From Nanobdellati archaeon (GTDB lineage: Archaea > EX4484-52 > GLR71): 62,370 nt of DNA. Numbering within the stretch: the first letter of the stretch is position 1; each line of letters opens with the position of its first letter. The translations under genes and the position numbers were made by a program. The stretch spans positions 1 through 62,370 of the forward strand of contig JAHYJO010000006.1 in assembly GCA_019429125.1 (NCBI GenBank), in the 5' to 3' direction. Under the pieces are notes generated by a model. It saw nothing but the letters and a program-made list of their open reading frames with translations. It made no database searches and was not told the origin of the DNA. Below are positions 1-8,379 of the stretch, piece by piece.

Positions 1-23
1 CGCTCAAAAGATTTCATACATAT

Positions 24-73
24 TATATGCCTATTTAGGCATATATAGTTTTCGGTCTTTTTAGACCAAAAAC
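24..73. promoter_or_regulatory. Two adjacent palindromes, possible operators of a minus-strand gene starting at about position 18 and leaving the window
   Basis: TATATGCCTA-tt-TAGGCATATA (24-45) and gttttcGGTCT-tttt-AGACCaaaaac (48-73); the TATATGCCTA half-site recurs near 100. Confidence 0.35.
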
Positions 74-122
74 GAATGAGTTAATAAAAATTAAAGGGTT
101 ATATGCCTAAAAATTAGGGAGG

Positions 123-1644
123 TCAGGCAATAAATGAGGCATTAAGATTTTCAAGATTAGATAGACAGACTAATTGAGCAACATTTGCATAATCTCTTAT
201 ATTTCCATTCTTATCATTATTATCTTCTCTCCATTCTTTTGCAGTTTTACCGAACAACGCCATATTCAATACATCTGCCTCATTTGCATAGATTAAATTC
301 ATCTCTGTCTGTGTCAATTCGTTTGGTATTAGATTTTCTTTGATTGCATTTGTATGTATCTTATAATTTATCTTCACTAATTGCCTTTTTACATTCCATT
401 CAATGTTGTGAGATTTACTTTCATTTATCTTTAATCTTTGAAACTCTTTAATCAAATAAAGTTTAAACTCAACAGAACTCCAAGATGCAAATTCAAAAAA
501 CACAGTCACAAACATACCGAAAGTTTCCTTAAATTCAGTATCGTGTTCCTTTGAAAGTATAAGATCTATACCTCGTCCCCATTTATCAACATAATGTACC
601 TTATTAAACATTTCCGCAATAAGTTCATTTCTTCGTCTTGAAACATTTCCTTTTATAATCTCATCAATAGTCAATCCGTCATATAACTTGCCCGGATTTC
701 TTATCTCAACACGATTCTTGAAAACTGCAACATTAACTGAATCATATTTATAATAATCTCTGTGGCAGAATGCATTAATTATAGCTTCTCTTAAGGCTTC
801 TTTATTTATCTCAGGGACATCAACACGCCGTAGCCCCTCAAGTCTCATACCTATATGGATATTTTTTAAGACATATGCTTCAGCCATATCAATAAGATAG
901 AATATGTCTCCATAAAAATCACTCATATCAATAGTAAATAATGTATTATCTGTGCCAAAGACAGCACATCTCAGTCTTGCATTAGGGTAAAATAATTCGG
1001 GTTTTTACCAAATAAAATAACTGCTGTATTGAGCAGTTTGTTATGGGTGACAAGACTTAACTTTTCAAGAGAATTAAATAATGTATCATACTTAAGTTTA
1101 GACAATTTCAAAAAATGTCTAAACTTATAAGGGCTTATATCTTTAATTGTGGCTTCTTTACGTATCTGTTTATCCCAACGCAACTTATCTTTATTCTCAT
1201 GAATTATCATCTCTTCAATTTTTTTAGCGCTCAACTGTCTGTCCTCATCACTCACGCGCAATACGCCCGACCATACGCATAATAAGGTATATTTTGACCA
1301 TTGACCTCAACTTTTATGCAATCTTTATCATCCACAATCTCATGTCTAATTTCTGGAAATATCTTAGGTTCAACATAGTCTGCAATAGTCTTTGAGACAC
1401 CCCTTAATGTTTTTTGGCTCACACTTTGTCCAATAACGTCACCATTATCTTTTATACCAAAATAAAGAGTCCCCGTCTGGTGTTTATTAAGCATGGCAAC
1501 AATAGAAATTACAGCTTCTTTTAATTCAGAAGTTGATGTTTTAAGTTCAAGAGTCTCACTTTCCTTAAACCTCTTTGTCTTTGACATCAAGTTATTATCC
1601 TCAATAACTGAAGCTGAAATAAGTACAATACGGTCTAAAATCAA
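123..1644 (-). pseudogene. Frameshifted AlbA_2 (Schlafen-like) + HATPase_c_4 'RecG C-terminal' regulator, fused at its 3' end to the C-terminal half of a KilA-N family protein
   Basis: Three consecutive minus-strand ORFs: ESETLELKTS..IVAMLN..GTLYFGIKDNG (AlbA_2); EALREAIINAFCHRDY..VEIRNPG..RRNELIA..DKWGRGI (HATPase_c_4); then an abrupt switch to FEFASW.SVEFKLYLIKEFQRLK..INYKIHTNAIKENLIP..EADVLNMALFG (KilA-N family C-terminus). Confidence 0.8.
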
Positions 1645-1713
1645 ATAGACTTTTCATTTATTTTCAAACCATTCAACATAAACAAATATATACCTCAACA
1701 ACCAATTACAAAT

Positions 1714-2469
1714 ATGGCTTTCACCGTAGACTTTCTTCTCCAACGTTTTGAAGAGCAGGGTTTGTTCAACATAATCCTGCCATTACTCCTAGTGTTCGCG
1801 ATAGTCTATGGTATTTTAGGGAAAATCCAATTGTTCAACAATGACAAGATAAATGCGATAATAGCTTTTGTTATGGGTATGTACGTGACTGTATTTTCTG
1901 AATTTGCATTTTTTCTCACAAACATAACTGCTGGAGGTATGGTAATTCTTGTCGGTCTTCTTTTCTTTATGATGATAGTCGGATTTGGCTCATCCTTGTC
2001 AGGCGGAAGCCCAACATCAATATTGTCAGACCACAAAGATGCAATGACCATAGTTCTTATGCTCTTTGGAGGTATCATATTTGTCAACAGTGGCGGTCTT
2101 TTAATAGTTGGTGGATACTCAGTGAGGATAGGGCTCATAGATGTATTCCAGTTGACTGGATTGTATGTTGCATTTGTCGTTGTAAAAAGTCTATTAGGAT
2201 TGGGAAATGGTAGTTATAATAGTGTTAAGAAATTAGAGGACCGTTATACACAGATAGTAAGACAAATAGACGCTTTAGGTGGTGGGACTGATGCAGATAC
2301 TGTGGCTGAGATAAAACGTCTTAATGATGAAAAAACAAAAATAGAGAATAAACTTGGGAAAAAAGGAGTGTCTCCAGACCAGATAAAGCGTATGCAAGAT
2401 GGTGACCCTATATTTAGACGCAGGTATGGTCGTTACGGCAGATATGGTCATCATTATGATGATTATTAA
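1714..2469 (+). CDS. Multi-pass membrane protein of a family common in DPANN archaea, with C-terminal coiled coil
   Basis: About 5 hydrophobic helices, ILPLLLVFAIVYGIL..INAIIAFV motif, charged tail ending in RYG repeats. Confidence 0.7.
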   Translation: MAFTVDFLLQRFEEQGLFNIILPLLLVFAIVYGILGKIQLFNNDKINAIIAFVMGMYVTVFSEFAFFLTNITAGGMVILVGLLFFMMIVGFGSSLSGGSPTSILSDHKDAMTIVLMLFGGIIFVNSGGLLIVGGYSVRIGLIDVFQLTGLYVAFVVVKSLLGLGNGSYNSVKKLEDRYTQIVRQIDALGGGTDADTVAEIKRLNDEKTKIENKLGKKGVSPDQIKRMQDGDPIFRRRYGRYGRYGHHYDDY

Positions 2470-2480
2470 TGCTTCTCAAA

Positions 2481-3200
2481 TCAAGCAACATATCTTTTTG
2501 TTTTATATTTAACATTCTCAGAAGAATCAAGCATTGCATTAACAAGTTCTTTTATCGGTTCAACTGCAACTCCATACTGTTCTCTTAAGAGCTTATATGT
2601 TTCTTGCGCAGTTTCAAGTCCTTTATCCGCACTATTTTTAACTAAATTATAAAGTGATACTGCATATTCTAACTTATCCTCTTTTTTTAATTCATTATAT
2701 CCATTTCTCATTGATCTATAAAGTTCAGCGCCAACTTCACTAACTTCAGAAATAATATGTCCAATCTCATGATTTAATATTGAATCAATGACCTTGTTTC
2801 CAACATACTTTGAATCACCTGAATAAGTATCTGTCTTATCAAGTCCAAATTCTTTAAGAAGTTCATTATCCTTGACATTATATACAGTCTCTATTGTATC
2901 TGTAACTTCCTTATATATGTCATTTGGATTAAGATACATAACCTTTTCATTTGTATCAATTTCAGCAGTCTGAACGTTAGTATCATATTGTACATCAATA
3001 TTTTTAGTTATTGGATTATTATGTTCTCTCATCCTCTGGACTTTATCATCTATAGTACCTATTACCTCATTTTTACTCCAACTCAAGACTCCCAAACTAA
3101 CAAACCCTACGCAAAACACTAAAAAAAGAAATACAATCTCAATCATAATACTTATTGTATGTTTCAGATTAATATATGTTTTAAAGAATTTATCCTTCAA
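2481..3200 (-). CDS. Membrane-anchored hypothetical protein with HExxH zinc-metalloprotease motif (true start probably MIEIV, about 3146)
   Basis: N-terminal TM helix; ILNHEIGHIISE preceded by a beta-strand-like KVMYLNP. Confidence 0.6.
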   Translation of the reverse strand: MKDKFFKTYINLKHTISIMIEIVFLFLVFCVGFVSLGVLSWSKNEVIGTIDDKVQRMREHNNPITKNIDVQYDTNVQTAEIDTNEKVMYLNPNDIYKEVTDTIETVYNVKDNELLKEFGLDKTDTYSGDSKYVGNKVIDSILNHEIGHIISEVSEVGAELYRSMRNGYNELKKEDKLEYAVSLYNLVKNSADKGLETAQETYKLLREQYGVAVEPIKELVNAMLDSSENVKYKTKRYVA

Positions 3201-3530
3201 GCATCCATAACCAAATAGGTTTCAATTCAATTATCTTGTCACCAATATTAATTATTTCTTCCTAATCTTCTGTAAGTATGAGTTCCGCATCAAGTCCATA
3301 TGTTTTCATTGTGTCTAAGGCTCCTTGCAGTTATCTCATCTCATTTTCTGGGCTGAGTTCTTTTGTTACTTGTATTGCTGAAACTATCTTGTTCTTGTCT
3401 TTTATCACAAAATCACATTCCTTTTTTTCCAGATGATACTATATTTCATTTCCACGCCTACGAAGCTCTATAAATGTCATATTTTCAAGTAGCCTACCTG
3501 AATTATCTGAAAAACTAAAACTTATAGTCT
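3197..3530 (-). pseudogene. C-terminal remnant of an AAA_14/DUF4143 ATP-binding protein
   Basis: Minus strand reads FSFSDNSGRLLENMTFIELRRRG..KECDFVIK..AIQVTKEL with several stops. Confidence 0.7.
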
Positions 3531-4102
3531 CAGCAAGGGCTGTATCTATACAATACATCTTTTTTGAGCTTAACATCTGTTTCTTTATTGAATATTGAGA
3601 TATTCGGTCTTATTGTTTTTTTAGTGATTTTTAAATGTCTCGAGTTACCGATAAACGTTTTAATTGATATGCCTTTTAATTGCATGAAACTTTTAACATG
3701 TTCAGACAGACTTTTATTGCCCAAAAGATTCACGTTCTCATAAATAAAACTAAGTGGTATATCTATTTTAGTACCAGTAGAATCAAGAAGAACCGACCCT
3801 GTATCATCTTTGACATATAGCTCGCAAGAATCAGTTCCATAAGCTAGTATGACCCAGTGTGTATTTTTTCCCTGCCTCACGCATTCTTGAATCTGGTAAT
3901 TGTAATAGTAACAATCTTATCCAGTCAGGGGTGATTTAATCATATTCGCACCAGAAGTTATACCTTTAACCTCTACAAGCCCATGGTAAGAGCCCCTTAT
4001 TTTTGATGTAGGTATATTTTCAATAATCCCTTTCAATTTCAACCAGGGAAATGATGCAACAATAAGGATTATTCCACCTATAAAAGCTACAATAATAATC
4101 AT
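3530..4102 (-). pseudogene. Fragmented GIDE-domain membrane protein
   Basis: IIENIPTSKIR..GLVEVKG..KSPLTG* followed by GKNTHW..LYVKDDTGSVLLD; split and 3'-truncated. Confidence 0.6.
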
Positions 4103-4162
4103 AAATGAATTATAATCATAGTATATATTATTTTATTGTATAATCTATTACAAATGATGTAA

Positions 4163-4420
4163 TCATTCAATTTTCTCAAGAATACCAATATCAGTCCCAA
4201 TCTCAAGCCATGCCCACGCCCAGACTATGGCCTCGAATGCGCGAACTGGGTCACCATCATCAATAAAATGTTGCGTATCTGAAATATAAGCATTAATATT
4301 AACTAAAAAATCCTCACCTTTTTTACCAATAGGCACAAGACCTAAAACTCCAATCTTGCACTTGTCCGTCCATTTGGATGTTTCACTCTTTAGCTGTTCC
4401 TCAACTCTCATAAGAATCAA
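4163..4420 (-). CDS. DUF357 family protein
   Basis: NINAYISDTQHFIDDGDPVRAFEAIVWAWAWLE; adjacent to dph5, a usual archaeal context. Confidence 0.85.
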   Translation of the reverse strand: MILMRVEEQLKSETSKWTDKCKIGVLGLVPIGKKGEDFLVNINAYISDTQHFIDDGDPVRAFEAIVWAWAWLEIGTDIGILEKIE

Positions 4421-4690
4421 CTATTTTTTATTCTTAATTTTAGAAAGAATCCTCTTTTTCTTTTGCATCTTATCTCGTGTCGCTTTATATTTACCAAACC
4501 CAGACACTTTTCTATTTATTACATCCTCTTCATCTTTGACAATGCTTAATATATAGGTAATCTTTTCTTCAAGAGAAAGTATCCTGCGCATGCCAAGCAC
4601 GATGCCTATAAGCATCATGATTACAACTGCAATAAGGTATAGGTTAATGTCAAGTATCATAAGCGACCACATCCTATATTTATTATGCAA
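4421..4690 (-). CDS. Small membrane-anchored hypothetical protein
   Basis: One TM helix followed by MRRILSLEEKI and a basic tail. Confidence 0.6.
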   Translation of the reverse strand: MHNKYRMWSLMILDINLYLIAVVIMMLIGIVLGMRRILSLEEKITYILSIVKDEEDVINRKVSGFGKYKATRDKMQKKKRILSKIKNKK

Positions 4691-4705
4691 TCAATATATA
4701 TTTAT

Positions 4706-5443
4706 CTAAGCTTTTGAAATCTTTTCAAGAAATTCCTCTTCAGAAAAGCTAAGTTTCGCGGGTATTATAATGCAATGTGGATGTTCACCAAAATCAACAT
4801 CTTTCAATTCCTTTAAAGTCCCATATCCAATCTTGCTTTTCTTACCTAAGTGTGCGCACACAACAATCTTTGTTTCATAAACAAGTATCTTCTGACCTTT
4901 CATCTCTTCAAGCTCAACAATAACAGAAATAGCATCATTTGCACTCATACCAATATCTAAAAGAAGAAGCGTGTGTGCTCCTGATTGCAAATTAGCGAGT
5001 ATATTGTCATATGGTGATGTCGGGAAATAATTATCCTGTGGTTTCGGCAGACTCACAACTTTCCCAAATTTATATAATGACAGTCCACACTCAGCGATTG
5101 CACTAAATATTGATGATGCATGTATGATTTCTACATCAATACCTTTCTCGCGAGCATCAAGTATAAGTCCTGTATGTGTGGTCGCAGATAATGGATCTCC
5201 TCCGACAAGAAGGACAGTGTCTTCAGTAGTAGCAGAAATAATAATCTTTCCACTTTCCTCAACACCACTCCTGTCAAGCACTTCAATTTTCTTTTCAATA
5301 ATTTTTTCAAGGTATGTTATATCAATAACGAGCGGGCATGTATAAAGTTCAATATAAACTTTTTTCGCACTCTTACAAGTTTCAATCCCACGCAAGGATA
5401 TATCTTTTTCATCGCCGATACCAAGACCAATTAAATATAACAT
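4706..5443 (-). CDS. dph5: Diphthine synthase
   Basis: MLYLIGLGIGDEKDISLRG, GDPLSATTH, GLSLYKFGKVVSLP, HTLLLLDI. Confidence 0.96.
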   Translation of the reverse strand: MLYLIGLGIGDEKDISLRGIETCKSAKKVYIELYTCPLVIDITYLEKIIEKKIEVLDRSGVEESGKIIISATTEDTVLLVGGDPLSATTHTGLILDAREKGIDVEIIHASSIFSAIAECGLSLYKFGKVVSLPKPQDNYFPTSPYDNILANLQSGAHTLLLLDIGMSANDAISVIVELEEMKGQKILVYETKIVVCAHLGKKSKIGYGTLKELKDVDFGEHPHCIIIPAKLSFSEEEFLEKISKA

Positions 5444-5507
5444 AGATAATCCTTTAAAGAAGAATTTTTTAAACTTTGGCTTTTTTATAGAGCTAGAAAC
5501 CTAAAAA

Positions 5508-6023
5508 TTATTCATCAAATATATAATTCTCACTCGCCTTTATCAACTGTATCGCTTTTTGTATCTTTTCGTCATCTGTGCGCCCATAAAAAAATTGTGA
5601 TGGGAGTACTTTAACATATTTAGGTGCATCCGAAAATGTTTGGTATTTATCTGTATATAATATAATGAAATCAAAAACAAATTTTTTGTCATTAATTTCG
5701 TCAACCACATTCTTGTTTATCACATATTTCACAGTCTCATCATCAACCGTTATTTGACCTTCACGACCATTACATATTATCTGATCTTCATCAGATAACT
5801 TAATTGTGCCGTAATTGTCTCTAATCTTTTCAATACATTCAGCCGAAATGCGGGTATAATCTGTATTTATATTCGCAGTTACAACCTGTATTTCAGGTTG
5901 TGTCTGTTTTGTTTTAATCTCCGTTTCAGAAATAGTTTTTGTTATAACCTCATTTATATCTGCATCATATTCTTCGACGAGACTGCCTAAAATCTCTGCC
6001 ATTGTTAATTTTTGAGAAGTCAT
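5508..6023 (-). CDS. Hypothetical protein
   Basis: 171-aa ORF in a tight three-gene run; no recognised motif. Confidence 0.6.
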   Translation of the reverse strand: MTSQKLTMAEILGSLVEEYDADINEVITKTISETEIKTKQTQPEIQVVTANINTDYTRISAECIEKIRDNYGTIKLSDEDQIICNGREGQITVDDETVKYVINKNVVDEINDKKFVFDFIILYTDKYQTFSDAPKYVKVLPSQFFYGRTDDEKIQKAIQLIKASENYIFDE

Positions 6024-6025
6024 TA

Positions 6026-6445
6026 TTACTTAATCCAATCAATTTCATCTGATGGATTTTTGTTATATTCTGTATCTTTTTTTGTAGGTTTATCTGTTGT
6101 ATTTAAATGATTTAGAAGTTCTACAATATTTGGATCCTTTGTATGTCCAACATATTGATCACCTATTCTTTTAAGGACTGTAGCTTCATTTAGTGGGGTA
6201 TTTCCTTCACCTACAAGTAATTTATTATTGCCTATCTTTGAAACTGTGTAATTATGTATTTTTCCATCTACATTTAACTCTTGTCCCGTAGATTCTATTC
6301 CATTTATTTTGTACAGGGATATGGAAATGTCATATATTTCTTTCTTTTCACCTTGATGTACCAGATTCCCTACACTAATCGTAGCAAGCACCACACTGCC
6401 AACACCTAACATCACTGCAAATAGAAATTCAATCATAAATATCAC
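6026..6445 (-). CDS. Membrane-anchored hypothetical protein
   Basis: N-terminal TM helix MIEFLFAVMLGVGSVVLATISVG. Confidence 0.6.
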   Translation of the reverse strand: MIFMIEFLFAVMLGVGSVVLATISVGNLVHQGEKKEIYDISISLYKINGIESTGQELNVDGKIHNYTVSKIGNNKLLVGEGNTPLNEATVLKRIGDQYVGHTKDPNIVELLNHLNTTDKPTKKDTEYNKNPSDEIDWIK

Positions 6446-6486
6446 TTAATTATTAATTTTAACTTAATAGTTTATATCTTTTAGCC

Positions 6487-7119
6487 TCAAATGGCTTGTT
6501 TATCTGCCTCAAAATCATCTCTTGAATTATAGATTGTCCTTTCTTTGACTATATGTAGACCTTTAATCATTGTATTGATTATATCAAGGGTAACCTTATC
6601 TCCTTTAGGTATTTGTACTGTTCTGAATTCATCAAATTGATATTTTTTTTCAAAACCATAAATTACATTAGGTGTAGGTTCTAAAACATTTCCTTTGATT
6701 CCGTCCCGGACTGCTGCAACAAGATATCGTCTCTCTATCCCTAAATCATCTTGATAATGTTTAAGGTCCATATTAATTGCTTCATCTAATTTTTCAGCAA
6801 CAATCTCATGGTAATCATCAATTGAAATAGTTTCGTCAGTCCTTATATTCTCCAAGATTTTGTTATAATTACAATTGACTTTATTTCTTATTTCATTAAA
6901 TATAATCTGTCCGAAATTAACATCATATTTTATAATGATACCTTTTTCATTTGCAGCAACAAAGACATCGACAGGAACAATCTGTTCAGATTCTTTCCCA
7001 TAAAGATTATGCCCTGCTAGATACTCGGTAGGAACATCTATTATTTTTGTATATCTAAATATTCCATCTGAATTTGCTTTATCTAGTATACACCCCAATA
7101 TTACATCAACATGACTCAT
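6487..7119 (-). CDS. Hypothetical protein
   Basis: 210-aa ORF divergent from trm5; no recognised motif. Confidence 0.6.
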   Translation of the reverse strand: MSHVDVILGCILDKANSDGIFRYTKIIDVPTEYLAGHNLYGKESEQIVPVDVFVAANEKGIIIKYDVNFGQIIFNEIRNKVNCNYNKILENIRTDETISIDDYHEIVAEKLDEAINMDLKHYQDDLGIERRYLVAAVRDGIKGNVLEPTPNVIYGFEKKYQFDEFRTVQIPKGDKVTLDIINTMIKGLHIVKERTIYNSRDDFEADKQAI

Positions 7120-7161
7120 ATCAATATATTACACTTAATCATTTAAAAATATCACACCTAA

Positions 7162-7992
7162 ATGTGTTCTATGAACCTCAAAGAAGCGCTCAAAGGCAAA
7201 ATATCTGAAAAAGATGACCAATACATATATCGTGCTTTTGAGATAATAGGTGACATTGCAATAATCCAGGTGCCAGCAGAAATTGAACAGCACAAGATGC
7301 TGATGGCTGAGACACTCTGCGCACTCCACAAGAACATAAAAGTTGTCTTGCGAAAGATTGACGAAGTCTCAGGCAAATACCGTGTAGGTAAATATGAAAC
7401 CTTGATTGGCGACAGGACTTACACCATCTATTCAGAAAACAGCATCCGTATGAAAGCCGACCCGACAAAAGCATATTTCTCGTCAAAACTAGGAACTGAG
7501 CGCGAACGGATAACTGCTCAAGTAAAAGATGGTGAGACTATACTTTGCATGTTTGCCGGCATAGGTCCGTTTCCGTTGAATATTGCCAAATTACGCAATG
7601 TCACAATAAAATCAGTTGAGATAAATCCCGAGGCTACAGCCCTTTTTGCAGAAAGTCTAAAACTGAATAGGTTAAAAGGGAAAATATATATTTTTACAGG
7701 CGATATCAAAGATATAGTGCCTAACTTCTCTGAAAAGTTCGACCGCATCCTGATGCCTGCTCCAAAAGACGCACCAGAATTTTTAGACCTTGCTTTAAAA
7801 AAAGTAAAAAAGGGTGGAATCATAAACTATTATTCTTTTGTCCCTGCCGAAGACTATGATGACCTTGAAGTTGCAGTAAAAAAACAATGCGAAGATCTTG
7901 GACGAAACGTAAAAATCCTTGCGAAACGAAAATGTGGAAACATAGGTGTCTGCCAGTTCAGGGGCGCAATAGATATAAAAGTCCTTGACTGA
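7162..7992 (+). CDS. trm5: Trm5/Taw2-family tRNA G37 SAM-dependent transferase
   Basis: FEIIGDIAII, YFSSKLGTERERI, MFAGIGPF, EINP, FDRILMPAP. Confidence 0.88.
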   Translation: MCSMNLKEALKGKISEKDDQYIYRAFEIIGDIAIIQVPAEIEQHKMLMAETLCALHKNIKVVLRKIDEVSGKYRVGKYETLIGDRTYTIYSENSIRMKADPTKAYFSSKLGTERERITAQVKDGETILCMFAGIGPFPLNIAKLRNVTIKSVEINPEATALFAESLKLNRLKGKIYIFTGDIKDIVPNFSEKFDRILMPAPKDAPEFLDLALKKVKKGGIINYYSFVPAEDYDDLEVAVKKQCEDLGRNVKILAKRKCGNIGVCQFRGAIDIKVLD

Positions 7993-8004
7993 TATTAATG
8001 GTAT

Positions 8005-8281
8005 GGGACCTTAGGGTAGCTAACGATTGAAGGTATCATGCCTTCATTGTCTACATTGGTCATCCTTGTGGGCTGGGGGTCCTCAGACCTGTGTTCAAAA
8101 CGACCGGTGCTCCATGGGTGCGCAGTTGACATTCATGCTTTCCGCGCGAAGTCAAATGTTAATTATTCGACAAAACATTGCGCAAAGAAGTACTGGAACT
8201 ATATACTACCTGGGCGTAAGCGAGTGGTATAACTATTGTTCAACCTTATATATGGTTTTCGTGAAATTCACAGGGGTCCCA
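8005..8281 (+). tRNA. tRNA-Pro(GGG) with two non-canonical BHB introns: 8022-8056 (35 nt, D-loop 17/17a) and 8100-8267 (168 nt, T-loop 59/60)
   Basis: Exons 8005-8021, 8057-8099 and 8268-8281 join to GGGACCTTAGGGTAGCTTGGTCATCCTTGTGGGCT-GGG-GGTCCTCAGACCTGTGTTCAAATCACAGGGGTCCCA, an archaeal tRNA-Pro pattern; both junctions form 3-nt bulge/4-bp helix/3-nt bulge motifs (GTAG:CTAC and TTCA:TGAA). Confidence 0.92.
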
Positions 8282-8379
8282 TTTTTTGTATTTTTTATTA
8301 CTGTATATCTCGGGTTATGGTGCCTAACTGTTCCATCTAAAAATAATCCTATATATACCTCTTCTGATAATTATATACT

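Noticed and set aside
8100-8267. Box C/D guide RNA within the tRNA intron
   Set aside because: No RTGATGA C box or CTGA D box found
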